This document shows positions 12,586 through 25,824 of a stretch of DNA of 64,000 bases, in pieces (the first letter of the stretch is position 1; the number at the start of each line of letters is the position of its first letter). The notes below the pieces were generated by a model. It had not been told where the DNA came from and did not search any database. It was given only the letters and a program-made list of their open reading frames with translations. The stretch covers positions 25,060,070 to 25,124,069 of the forward strand of contig NC_092671.1 of NCBI RefSeq assembly GCF_964355755.1, written 5' to 3'. The stretch is from Antedon mediterranea. Taxonomy: Eukaryota > Animalia > Echinodermata. A program made the translations under genes and the position numbers.

Positions 12586-14460
12586 GTAAGGTCCAAGTTC
12601 AGTGTGATATTTTGTCATGCACCTGGTTGTCTGATAAACGGTAAGGTCCACGTTCAGTGTGATATTTTGTCATGCACCTGGTTGTCTGATAAACGGTAAG
12701 GTCCAAGTTCAGTGTGATATTTTCTCATGCACCTGGTTGTCTGATAAACGGTAAGGTCCAAGTTCAGTGTGATATTTTGTCATGCACCTGGTTGTCTGAT
12801 AAACGGTAAGGTCTAAGTTCAGTGTGATATTTTGTCATGCACCTGGTTGTCTGATAAATGGTAAGGTCCAAGTTCAGTGTGATATTTTGTCATGCACTTG
12901 GTTGTCTGATAAACGGTGAGGTCCACGTTCAGTGTGATATTTTGTCATGCACCTGGTTGTCTGATAAACGGTAAGGTACAAATTCAGTGTGATATTTTGT
13001 CATGCACCTGGTTGTCTGATAAACGGTAAGGTCCAAGTTCAGTGTGATATTTTGTCATGCACCTGGTTGTCTGATAAACGGTAAGGTCCAAGTTCAGTGT
13101 GATATTTTGTCATGCACTTGGTTGTCTGATAAACGGTAAGGTCCACGTTCAGTGTGATATTTTGTCATGCACCTGGTTGTCTGATAAACAGTAAGGTCCA
13201 AGTTCAGTGTGATATTTTGTCATGCACCTGGTTGTCTGATAAACGGTAAGGTCCACGTTCAGTGTGATATTTTGTCATGCACCTGGTTGTCTGATAAACG
13301 GTAAGGTCCAAGTTCAGTGTGATATTTTCTCATGCACCTGGTTGTCTGATAAACGGTAAGGTCCAAGTTCAGTGTGATATTTTGTCATGCACCTGGTTGT
13401 CTGATAAACGGTAAGGTCTAAGTTCAGTGTGATATTTTGTCATGCACCTGGTTGTCTGATAAATGGTAAGGTCCAAGTTCAGTGTGATATTTTGTCATGC
13501 ACTTGGTTGTCTGATAAACGGTGAGGTCCACGTTCAGTGTGATATTTTGTCATGCACCTGGTTGTCTGATAAACGGTAAGGTACAAGTTCAGTGTGATAT
13601 TTTGTCATGCACCTGGTTGTCTGATAAACGGTAAGGTCCAAGTTCAGTGTGATATTTTCTCATGCACCTGGTTGTCTGATAAACGGTAAGGTCCAAGTTC
13701 AGTGTGATATTTTGTCATGCACTTGGTTGTCTGATAAACGGTAAGGTCCACGTTCAGTGTGATATTTTGTCATGCACCTGGTTGTCTGATAAACGGTAAG
13801 GTCCAAGTTCAGTGTGATATTTTGTCATGCACCTGGTTGTCCGATAAACGGTAAGGTCCAAGTTCAGTGTGATATTTTGTCATGCACCTGGTTGTCTGAT
13901 AAACGGTAAGGTCCAAGTTCAGTGTGATATTTTGTCATGCACCTGGTTGTCTGATAAACGGTAAGGTCCAAGTTCAGTGTGATATTTTGTCATGCACCTG
14001 GTTGTCTGATAAACGGTAAGGTCCAAGTTCAGTGTGATATTTTGTCATGCACCTGGTTGTCTGATAAACGGTAAGGTCCAAGTTCAGTGTGATATTTTGT
14101 CATGCACCTGGTTGTCTGATAAACGGTAAGGTCCAAGTTCAGTGTGATATTTTGTCATGCACCTGGTTGTCTGATAAACGGTAAGGTCCAAGTTCAGTGT
14201 GATATTTTGTCATGCACCTGGTTGTCTGATAAACGGTAAGGTCCAAGTTCAGTGTGATATTTTGTCATGCACCTGGTTGTCTGATAAACGGTAAGGTCTA
14301 AGTTCAGTGTGATATTTTGTCATGCACCTGGTTGTCTGATAAACGGTAAGGTCCAAGTTCAGTGTGATATTTTGTCATGCACCTGGTTGTCTGATAAACG
14401 GTAAGGTCCAAGTTCAGTGTGATATTTTGTCATGCACCTGGTTGTCTGATAAACGGTAAG
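12586..14460. repeat. 55-bp tandem repeat, about 34 near-identical copies, upstream of / in the 5' intron of the NXPE-like gene
   Basis: Unit GTAAGGTCCAAGTTCAGTGTGATATTTTGTCATGCACCTGGTTGTCTGATAAACG. The variant pattern recurs at 660 bp (12 units). Confidence 0.98.
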
Positions 14461-14730
14461 ATCAGTATTAATTTAACAGTGAAGTACTTTTGATTAACAA
14501 CAAACAAAATCTTCAAAATATGTTTAGGAACCATGGCTGTACGGTAACTTTCATATAAGTATGATTGCGACGAACCATGTACTTCATAGCGTGACAAGAA
14601 AGCGCTAGGCCCCTTTAAACATCCCGTTGTTGCTATGGCGTGACGTAGTTCAAGTCGGACTTGCGCGAAGAAAATAATGTAATTTGTATACGGTTGTAAA
14701 TAAACATGATCAGCATTATTTTATTATTTG

Positions 14731-15049
14731 TGGAGCACTGTGGCTCAGTGGTTAGAGCATTGGACTTGCAATCAAGAGGTTGTCGGTTCAAGTCCCGGCT
14801 CGGTCACTGAAGTGTTGAGTCCTTGAGCAAGATTTTTTATCCACATTGTTCCTCCCCACCCAGGTGATAGAAATGGGTACCGGTATGTAAAAAGTACTGA
14901 GAAGGTAAATCAGACTCGTTTGTGCGGGAAGAGTGGCGTACCCCCCACAAACATACACACTTAGTGGAGTCTAGCCCAAACGCTAAAGAAATGGAGATGG
15001 GCACCACGGTCGTTTGCATTAGCTTAGGTTTTGACTATACCTTACCTTA
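14731..15049 (+). mobile_element. tRNA-derived SINE, near full length
   Basis: A-box TGGCTCAGTGG and B-box GGTTCAAGTCC, then a conserved-type core TCCTTGAGCAAG...CACCCAGGTG..AAATGGGTACC and a (TACCT)n-like tail. Confidence 0.85.
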
Positions 15050-15219
15050 TTTTTACATATACCAATGTATATTTAATTATTAATTAAGCTAATATAAAAA
15101 CAGATATTTTATTCTTCAATATAACTCAACTCAATGACTGTTACATTGTTTATAACCTTGTCATTTTTAAAGTTTAAGCTCGAACTACGAAAAAAATCTG
15201 GTTTAAGAATACGGGCTTT

Positions 15220-15550
15220 AGCCTACTCATACTAGCTAGGCCTACTCTGGTAGGCTACTACTAGCCTAGGCCTAGACTACTACTATAGCCTATGCCTAGT
15301 CCACTACTACTACTACACTAGCCTAATAATAAATAGATGAACAGGTCGGTCCTGTTGGGCCTAGCCTGGGCTTAGGCAAGATATGCTTAGTTAGCCCTAG
15401 GCTAGCCGGATACTAGCCTTCCCACCTACTAGGACTAGGCCTAGCTTCTAGCCTAGTAAAGTACAGCCAGGCTCATTCATATATAATAGTATTAATACGC
15501 ATACCCATTCGTATTAGGTTTACCTTTAAAATGTTATGTAGGCCTAGGCT
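15220..15550. repeat. Low-complexity CTAG/TAGGCCTA/TAC-rich patch, possibly next to the NXPE-like first exon or promoter
   Basis: Dense CTAG and AGGCCT palindromes. Candidate minus-strand donor aag|gtaaac at ~15523. Confidence 0.5.
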
Positions 15551-16696
15551 TCATTTTGTTTGGTGTACATCATCATATCCAGGCAGCCCACGTCGCGCAC
15601 AGACTGTTCCTGGCGGGTGTCATTTTGAGTTTTAACGAAAGAGGGGGAGGACTGAGGAGTACACCAAAAAAGAGTGATATATTCTTTTATTTGGGATTAC
15701 CAAAGAATATTATCACAAGAATGAGTATTCCGCGATTTTTGCATGAAAAATTTGTAACAGAGAGCTCCAGAGAGTGATGCCCGCCCTCATAAGGGCGGAT
15801 GTATATAAATAAGACTTGATTTAATAGATATTATACATGTCACATTAAATAGAATTATGATAACATATTTTGCAATTGTAAACTATTTTATAATACATAT
15901 TTATTAACAAACTAGTGTACATTCACTTTTACAGACAATTATTTACTAACATGCTAAATTGGTTCACAAAAAAGGCCTAACACAGCAACACCAAAAATTA
16001 ACGAATCGTTACTCAACACGGCCTATTCTTTACCATTGCCGCGTAGCCTACTACTCTCTACGCCCGGTAAATTAAGTATTGTTTTTATGATATAAATTAG
16101 TATAAAATACATGTTATTAATAGGATAAAATGTTAAATTTCATTAACATTTATTTGTTTTACCAGAAACAAGTTAAATATAGGAATATTATTAAACTATC
16201 CTTCGTGAAAACGCGTAAACACCAACACGCCCGGTCACGCTATCGTAGCGCCCGGTTGATAAAGCGAACTGTTTATACGGCAGTTTTTACTAAATAAATT
16301 GCCTAAAGTTGTATACATCCCAGATACATCCTCACTTATGGCGGCGCCCTACCACATGGACAATATTACTGTTACAGGGAAAATCGCGGATTACTCATTC
16401 TTGTGATATATATTCATTCTTTGGGATTACCAACAACCACAATACTGTATAGCGCCACGCTATGCAAATTGCCGGCCGTCAACATAACAATTAGCCGTCA
16501 AAACAGTCAACCACTGTTGTTAAAATCGTTAAAACCGTATCCCGGATTCAAAACATTGTTACTCCTACTCCTTTTCAAACTTTCTTTGCAATTGAAATTG
16601 AAAAAAAAGATTTATAAATTGTTACAAAATAATATTAAATTTGCTTGTGGGTGCCTGTATCATGGTTATTATAATATTCCATATGAGAATCCGCTG

Positions 16697-16818
16697 TTTC
16701 TAGTCGCGTGCAAACGCGACTCTAGGGCCTACAGCTGACTATGTCGGTTGGTCGGTCAGTCGGTAAACACTAACTCAAATTTTAGCACGCGACTACAGCC
16801 ATATAAATAGCCTTGTTT
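16697..16818 (+). mobile_element. Short Helentron-associated (HINE/DINE-1-like) non-autonomous element
   Basis: 5' AGTCGCGT..ACGCGACT inverted repeat, (GTCG/GTTG)n microsatellite, second CACGCGACT subterminal repeat near the 3' end, T-rich flanks. Confidence 0.55.
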
Positions 16819-17343
16819 GGGTGTAACATCATTCTAAGATTATACGTTATGATTTGTATTAATTACATTTGCACAACTTTTTATTATATTTAAATAAAAT
16901 AAGGCATCGTATTAAATAAATAATTGCTCTTTCTTATATTAACGTTCAATTTGACATATTCAATACTTACGAAAACATTATGATTTTTCCATAACTTAGC
17001 TAGCTCCACGCATAGCCTAAAAGCAGCGAAGCTTTATAGCCATACAGGTACAACTCAGCCCTAGTTCTTGTCTGTTATATATTAACCACTGGATGAAACG
17101 AATTTAACCAATTACAGTATTAATAGACTAATAATAAAGGAACTCATACACTTTAAAACTCGGCCGCCGCAACAAAATCGACTGATAGGCCTATAAACCG
17201 TTTCAGTTTTGTGAGGGAAAATATTAATACCATACCATAGTTAATGCGTCATCTATTAAAACCTATCTTGGTGGTATGTACGCATGGGAAGTCAATCACC
17301 AGCTAAAGTTATAACATAACCAAGATGTCCGGATACATCAATG

Positions 17344-19336
17344 GGTCTAGGACAACTACCCCCTGGACAACTACCACCCGGACAACTACCACCCGGACAA
17401 TTACCCCTGGACAATCACCCTCCTAGGACAACTATCCCCCGGACAACTACCCTCTTAGGACAACTACCCCCTAGGGCAATTATCCCCTAGGACAACTACC
17501 CCCTAGCACATCTACCCTCTAGGACAACTACCCCCTAGGACAACTACCCACTAGGACAATTACCCCCTAGGAAAACTACCCTCTAGCAGCTACCCACTAG
17601 GAAATTTACAATTGGCCCATAGGACAACTACAGCTTTGGACAACTACGATTGGTAACCAAATTAACAAGCTGATTCTTTTAGTGCCAATTGTATTGTAAC
17701 ATCAAAGTGTGAAGAGGGGACTACGAGGGCGTTGTACCACACTATACATTTAACAATATTTGACGTGAAATTATTAAAATATCGACGTATGTAGGCCTAC
17801 CTAAGATTTGTAGTCTATTTTGTAATAACTGTAGCGATATTTATTTTCTAAAAACTTCTAGGACAAACTATGAAAAACGATTTCCTCAATTGGCACAGTT
17901 AGTCCTGTCAAACGGGGGAGAGAGAGATTGATTTTCAAATCGTCTAATCTAATCAATTGATTAATAGTATCGGTTTTTTTTCTAAAGTAAAATTAGGAGG
18001 TTCTTTGCTGTAGAATACGAATTTGAATAAAATGAAATAAGTAGAAATGTGTAAGTCATAAACACGTCATGGATATAATTATTCTTTAGGTTCCAAAAAC
18101 GTTCATTGTCCTATTTTCTCAGGAGTGGGGAGAAAATGTAAAAAACAAATCAATTAAAGTTCTTCTATGAAGTAGTAACAGCCAAACCAATATTCCATTA
18201 TTACTGGACTTGTAGTAGTAAACGTATAATGTCATTAAACAGCATAACATAAGCTCTTACGGTAAAACATTTGTTTTCAAAAAGAAAAGAGAGAACAAAA
18301 TCGGGCCAATTTTATCGATAATAAGGGGCTGCTCTAGTCCCACTATCATACAACTACCCTCTAGTCCAATTGCTATGCCCCTAGGACAACTACCCATCTA
18401 GAACAACAACACTCTCTGAACCACCACACCTACACCTTAGGTTATAATTACGATCTTGTAAAACTTACTGAACTTCAAAACATAGGGAGAGAGATTGATC
18501 ATAAATGAAAGACTATTTGATTGACTGGTGCAGCTAAGTAAACTGTATGTTGTTCCTATTTATATGCGACATCTTCATGTCACACAAGAATAAAATAAGC
18601 CCACCCCTTTATTTTTCAAGATTGGAATACTTTTTAATAATTTGATCGATTCTCGTTTAATGTAAAATAACTGATGACGATACGCATATTAAAACATTCA
18701 AAAGCTTTCATTTAAGATCAATCTCTCTCTCTATGTTTTGAAGTTCAGTAAATTTTACAAGATCGTGATTATAACCTAAGGTGTAGGTGTCATGATATAG
18801 GTGTGGTTGTTCAGAGGGTGGTGTTGTTGTCCTAGGGGCATAGCAGTTGGACTAGAGGGTAGTTTTCCTAGGGGGGGGGGGGGGGTAGTTGTCCTAGAGG
18901 GTAGTTGTCCTAGGGGGCAGTTGTCCTAGCGGGTAGTTGTCCTAGGGGGTAGTTGTCCTAGGGGGTAGATTTCCGGGTGGGAGTTGTCCTAAGGGGGTAG
19001 TTGTCCTAGAGGGTAATTGTCCTAGGGGGTAATTTTCCGGGTGGTAGTTATCCAAGGGGGGGGGGGGGGGTCATTGTCCGGGTGGTAATTGTCCAGGGGG
19101 TAGTTGTCCTAGAGCGTAGTTGTCCTAGAGGGTAGTTGTCCTAGGGGGCAGTTGTCCTAGGGGGTAGTTGTCCTAGGGGGTAGATTTCCGGGTGGGAGTT
19201 GTCCTTAGGGGGTAGTTGTCCTAGAGGGTAATTGTCCTAGGGGGTAATTTTCCGGGTGGTAGTTGTCCTAGGGGGGTCATTGTCCGGGTGGTAGTTGTCC
19301 GGGTGGTAATTGTCCAGGTGGTAGTTGTCCGGATAC
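17344..19336. mobile_element. Foldback-like non-autonomous DNA transposon with modular long inverted repeats
   Basis: (GGACAACTACCCCCTA)-type 16-17-bp repeats at 17344-17650 are inverted at 18830-19336. Inner inverted repeat 18351-18500 / 18716-18865. Confidence 0.8.
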
Positions 19337-20399
19337 GTCAATGACGGTAGATGCACTGTATCGTATAAGTTATAGTAAAGTACGTCAAGGTAAATAAAAC
19401 AAAATTGTTCTAATAGAAATATATTATAGCAAATGTTATATTTCCCCATTGTAACGAAGAAGGCACGTATTCTTTAATATTGAATGTGCTTCTATAGGCC
19501 TACTTGGGTAATTATATAATGTATCGTTTTGCTGCGCGAGCACCACTTAGTATTACATATTTATTAATTAGCACACACATTCATAATAGTAATTATTAAT
19601 TATTTTTACAAGAATCAAATTTTGTATACGTGAACACAATGGTAAACAAGTCAATAGGATAAACTTTTATATAGCCTAAATGATGAGAATTTATTTTGTT
19701 TCGGTTAACCTTTTTTGTCAATATTGCCAAGTCATCCAATTCAGAATATTAATTATTATTTTTATAAATAATATTAAATTTGGTATACGACGTACACGCA
19801 CAATGTTAAACTGTAGCATAATTTAATGAGCTGCGATAAAAAAAACAACAAAGGACAAAAATGGTGCCGAACATATTAACTTTAAAACACTATAAAAATA
19901 CGTGGGCATAATGTTGTTGAAGTTTAGGTCGTTAATATCTTCTTAGTCTTCTGATAAGTTGAGGAATTGGTAGCCCGCCTCCATTTTTGCGTTAATATAA
20001 CATCTCTCTATTTTATCCTAGGCTTAAAGCCACTGCTTTGAAAATGCACTAAACATTACTAAATGGAACTATATTAATTTGAAAAATAATACGTGAAACA
20101 AAAACGTGAAATAAAGTTTGTGCCTCATTGTTTCGTTCCTACGCTAGTGATGAACCTTAAGTTAACGTTGACATTGGAAAAGATAATAAATAATAAAAAA
20201 AGGTGATGTTGCCTTTATTATTATCATAAAGTTATAACAATACTTACAAAATACTACATAAATAAAACAGGAATAATGTACATTCATTTTCTCATTAATG
20301 TAATTGTAAATAACTTTAAATTAAGCATAAACATTAAATAAATGTTTAGAGAAAATGATAAAGGTTCCTTTCTGTGTCTGTCAATTAATGTTGTGGCTC

Positions 20400-20570
20400 T
20401 AAAGCTCTGTCTACACTATCAACATTTATGTTATAAAAAATATATATCACTACCATATTTGGGCATATCACTACCATATTTGGGCATATCACTACCATAT
20501 TTGGGCATATCACTACCATATTTGGGCACATCACACTTTTTTGTAAACTAGTTTGATAGTGTAGACAGAT
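20400..20570. mobile_element. MITE with internal 21-bp tandem repeat
   Basis: TIRs TCTGTCTACACTATCAA / TTGATAGTGTAGACAGA; (ATATCACTACCATATTTGGGC)x4 inside. Confidence 0.75.
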
Positions 20571-23145
20571 ACAAACATCACCATATTATTTGATTAAACA
20601 CTGTGCTTTTATCCAAACATTGAGTCAGGTAAAACAGCAGTGGAAAGTCCCCCAAGATATTAAATCATGGATAAATGAATTAGATTCAATTCAACTAGAG
20701 TAGTCTAATGCAGCATACACCAAATATGTTATTAATAACGATATTGGTGAAGGTGGTTCGATTATCATTAGATCTATCATAATTACTTGATATATTGAAA
20801 ATCACATTGTTGTCTGTGAATAAAATAGAGTACAGAATTTACCCATTATGGTATTGCTAATATTTTTTAAAATTATGTCTTGCAACATCGCCCACACATC
20901 TTTCTATGATGTGAATGATGATTATTATGCTGATAAATTCGATATTTTTCACCTACGATTAAGCGTTTATTTCACGCGCACAGTCACATTTTGCATCTCT
21001 TGCCGGTTGTAAATTCCGCTCCATTTTTTTTTTCAATTTAGAAAAAATATTAATGAAATGTTTACTGATTCAAAACAAATTCAATATAATATATTATAAA
21101 TGAAATGTTTTGGTCGTAGCAGACCAAAAAGAAGCAGGACATTGTTTTAAATTAAAAATATCTAAAACATAAGAATTGCACAAAACTATCTTTTTGTATT
21201 GTATGATATAAAAGTTTATGGGTGCCGAAATATTATTATTATTGTTTCTCCAATCCTGAAAAAAGATATACGCAATCTGCTTAGATTGACGGAATAGAAA
21301 ACATATCTCAAGAGTAGCCTAATACTAAAATCATAAACTGCGTTTGATTTCATAAACTATTTATACCTTGTCTAAACATTGTCAATCTGCATAAATTAAT
21401 AATATATTAATATTATATTAGTATTGGCACAATAATGATGATGACAATACAAACAATAGTCAACAATTCACATTCAACAAAATATGCCAACTAATTACTT
21501 TTCCAATTTGATTGTTCGATTGCTACTACAAGCGAGGTGAGACTCATTGGTTATAATACCATGACGTACTCAAGGGTCGTTTTACCGCCTGCTTGTCAAA
21601 TCGTATGCTCAGTGTTGATGTTTCTGTCATATGCCACGGACGACGACAGCAGTTAGCGCACTCAATTGTTTTTTTAAGTAGGAATAACCTTCGAAAGGAT
21701 ATTTCAGACATTGGCAATATCTGAATAGCGAATAATTGCAGATTGATAAATATTTATTTTGATATTGATATATAAACATTTGGTAGGTTAACCATCTTCC
21801 TGTTCCAATCAGTATAGGCCTACTGAGGCAAAGTTGTAAGGAAATGTTATTGGAAAATTTGTCTTCTCTGGATCCACTTTGGATTATCTGATTATATATC
21901 GTTATACGACATAGCCATCAATATAAAAACCAAGGTAGGTTTAATGCATTGTTCAATTATGATATTGCCCCAGTCATATTTGAGTGTTCGAAAGTTGTTC
22001 GGCATGGCATACGCCCCTTGTACTGGACTACAACTGTGGTATGCGTACGAAAGTAACATTTAAACAAATTGACCAAATTGTAGTTACATTTCTGATATAT
22101 ATATAGTATATTTGATATTCTCAATACCTCACCACCAGATCGTGCATCAGTTCTCGTAGTAGACATATATCGGTTACCCTGCATGCATCAGAGGGAGAAG
22201 GGCAACACTTTTCTGCCATTATTTCTCTATCCCCATTTTCTGTTTTTCTAAATAGAATGTCTAGCATACCACAAAAATACTCTAAGAAGATGCTGTGCTT
22301 TTAAAACGTTTTATGAATCTTTGTACCACAACCAAATGAATCCCGGAGTTGGGATAATACAGTTTTACTGAATTGAATTGGCCTACCCCTAACCTCGCAC
22401 TTGTAATGCTGGATAATTCCCTTTAAAGCCCGGCTGTACATCATAGTTACTGTGTCACTATACCCTTCATTCAATTCAATTGATGCCGGATTTCACAAAC
22501 AATAAATAATACACATGCTAGACACTTTCAATGGAACTCGGCTTACCGAAAGGCGAACACAAAACGATTTAAAAGTCTGAATGTAAATGTTTCAAATCGG
22601 CTGTATACACGTTACGAATTTTTCTGTTATATGAAAATAAATAAATAATAATAATTACTAATATGAATTATACATTATTGCCAAATAATACAATAATGAC
22701 AACCGCCATTGAAATATTATTATTTGCCACAATGTGGTATATTGCTATACAGAAACTATAATATTCATGTAATTTTGTTTCGTTTTCTATGCTATTGTCA
22801 TGGTTATATTCTAACAAACAGGTGTACTATTCATGAATTCGTTTTTTTATTGAGATTTCCATGGAGATTTTAGGTAAAGGAACCAATAAACTACGTCACC
22901 ATAGTTGTAATAACAATGAGAATAAGGTACTGTAATTGAATTAATCAAATCATTCGGATAAGAAATTATAGGTATTGACAACATAATTATAATCGTGCAG
23001 CTCGTGTTACAGATGATTAGTAATTATATGAGATTGGGTTTTTATGGTAATCAGACTTATTTGATTTAAGTCCTCTTCGTCGATAAGTGACACTTGAAAT
23101 CTTCATTGAGTTCAACAGATCAGCTTTGGATTATATAATCTTTTC

Positions 23146-23292
23146 CATTCATTCATCATTCTTTTAGAGATACTATTACTTTAGAATTTTAAATATATAG
23201 AAATGGCTCATTCATTCATCATTCTTTTAGAGATACTATTACTTTAGAATTTTAAATATATAGAAATGGCTCATTCATTTATCATTCTTTTA
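23146..23292. repeat. 63-bp tandem duplication (2.3 copies)
   Basis: CATTCATTCATCATTCTTTTAGAGATAC... at 23146, 23209 and partially at 23272. Confidence 0.9.
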
Positions 23293-25437
23293 TTTACGAT
23301 ACAGTACTAATAACATAGAGTTTGAAACATAGTCAAGATTTGCAATTAAACTGAAATTTCCAACTGCACGTTGACTATAGAGCACTGCGCGTTGACGACT
23401 AGAGCACTGCGCGTCGGGAACCTCGAGAAACACCGCGACAATCAAGGCACTTCTTCGGATCTGGATTGTAATAATACATTGTTGTAAACTTAAGTGTAGT
23501 TTTATATCTGGTGACTCTGTTTTGGTTAAATTATCTAGGCCTAAATATTAATAATTTTTCCAAAATAAAGTCCACTTGGTATTCAGGGTTCATTGTTGGC
23601 ACGGGATAGGCCTACCAGTAAAGAAAAAGAAATAACATAAAATAAATAGCATAATAGTACTGTCTAACGACTGTAATTCTAAAGTAATTTTTAGAATTAA
23701 ATAATGTTATAACTGTGAATTTAAGCTTGTGGACTAGCATTCAATACCCATAATAGTGCGAAATTATGTCAATATTTGATAAAATAACAGTACTTAATAC
23801 CTTAATAGCCAGTACTGCTTTGAATTGCAAACAAGAATGGATATTATCTATACAATATATTAAATATGAACCACAATATGCTAATTAGTGTAGTTACCAG
23901 GTGTAGGCTACAGCTAATTAAAAAAATGCTGTATACATACAATTACATTATAATGCAACTATTATACTTATAATAATATCAGCCTATTATGGTGACTTTT
24001 TAATGAATTATTTTTCCTTTCGTCTCATTTTTGCCAAGCCATTCTACACTAAAATTCTCGCTGGTCCAGTTCTCGGACGTTATTGAAAATAAATGGTACC
24101 ATTTATGACAATGCTTCCTATAGTATTAATAATCAATTGACTTAATATTATGTATCTATGCATATAATATAGAGTTCTTCAATACATTGTGATGAAATTG
24201 AAAATGAGGTGATTGGAATTGGTATTGGTAGAATACTGCTCACTATTCTTTACTAACAAATTAATTTGTTGCTGATTTTCTCCCATGACAACAGTCTCGA
24301 CGTTAGTTAAAACATAATGCATTAGCTGCTGCTAGTTATGCTCAGTGCTGTTACAATATTTCCAGTTTTCTTCACTTATCAAACCAACCAATCAACCAAT
24401 CAGCCACCTAATGAACAATCTGTACCGTTTCAAATTTATATATAATTTTAATGTATGTATTTTCCGCAGGTATACGTGTCTTCACTTTTATTTAATTCAT
24501 CAAGAAGCCAATTAATTGACGTAGCTTTGCGTTTGCATTCGTTGCGTTATATTTTTTTGTAAAGACATATTGAAAATGTACAACTTGAATGCCATGAATT
24601 AAATAAGTCATCTTGTAACGATGTATGCGAACCTATTATAGTCTAACACTACAGTATGTACAAACACGAAATGCACAGACGCGCCAATAAGAACATATTA
24701 CCGTACTATTTATTTGTACTTTCTATTTTTGGAATATATATGTTTACAAAAACGGCAATAAATCTTCTTTCTGAGATCTATTATAAGAAAATTGTATACG
24801 ATATTGATTTATTTTAAAGTAAAAAAAAACAACACAGAAAGAACATACATAAATGGATACTAAATAGGTGAAGAAAATATGGAATTGAATGCCCGAATAA
24901 CCCAATTAAGACTGGTTACCATAATTGAGAGGAATTATTGTTGGATTAGGCCTAAGTGAATATAGGCATATAGTGTGGAAAAATTAGCCTGATAATTTTA
25001 CAAATACAATAAAATAGTAAAAATTAAGAAAACATCAGAGCCCAGCGCATGCGTTGTTCTCTTAGAAATACAATCTCATTAATCTGAAGTCAGCTGGAAC
25101 CTGGAAACTAACTCAATAACATTCAAAAACGTGTATCTTGAAAACATTCTTTTTTCCAAACCAATAAGATACTTATACCTACAAACCAGATGAACATTTT
25201 CAATCATTCAAAAACGTGCATTTTTAAAGGATCAACTTACCGAAAAAATACTAAACATAAGAAATTAACGTTTTCTCTCCTATAATACATTTCAACATGT
25301 ATACCAGTGTTGTGTATGTTAAACAAAAATGAATTTATAGTTTGAAACGTAAAACCATATTAGTCTAACATCGACATACCGTAATAGAGAATGTAACATT
25401 AGTAACACACACTAAATTGTATTTTATTCTTACAGGA

Positions 25438-25824
25438 ATGTGTTGGATTAAAGTACAAATTGTTCTAGTTCTTTTCATTACACCGATAGTAACTTCACAG
25501 ACACCCTTTGTCATCGGTGGTGCGTTTGAATCTAAGAAGGACCGCGATGATTTCCACAAAGCAATTCATAATATCAATCAAAACAAGAACCACGCTCTTC
25601 CTAGAGGAGTAACTCTAATCGGTGTTTCTAGCATCTTTACTGACAATCCTTTAAATGCAACTATGGAACTCTGTCAAAGGATTGTACCTAAGAAAGTGGC
25701 CGCACTTATTATGTGTTTGTCCAAGCCCAACCGTCTGAGTGCCATGAGCATATCAAACATCATCGGTTCGTTAGAGATACCTGTTGTGGATATAGTAACC
25801 CGCTCTAATCTATTTGATGATCGG
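25438..25824 (+). CDS. GRIN1: GluN1 coding exon 1 (signal peptide, ATD start)
   Basis: ttacag|gaATG; hydrophobic signal; IGGAF and IPVV..TR..FDDR; donor cgg|gtaaag. Confidence 0.88.

Noticed and set aside
14731-14808. tRNA-Cys(GCA) gene
   Set aside because: The acceptor stem does not pair properly and the sequence continues into a SINE core and tail.
21640-24480. Candidate GRIN1 5' UTR exons (donor- and acceptor-like sites near 21783, 21934, 22821-22873, 24469)
   Set aside because: Splice-like motifs only; cannot be supported without transcripts.
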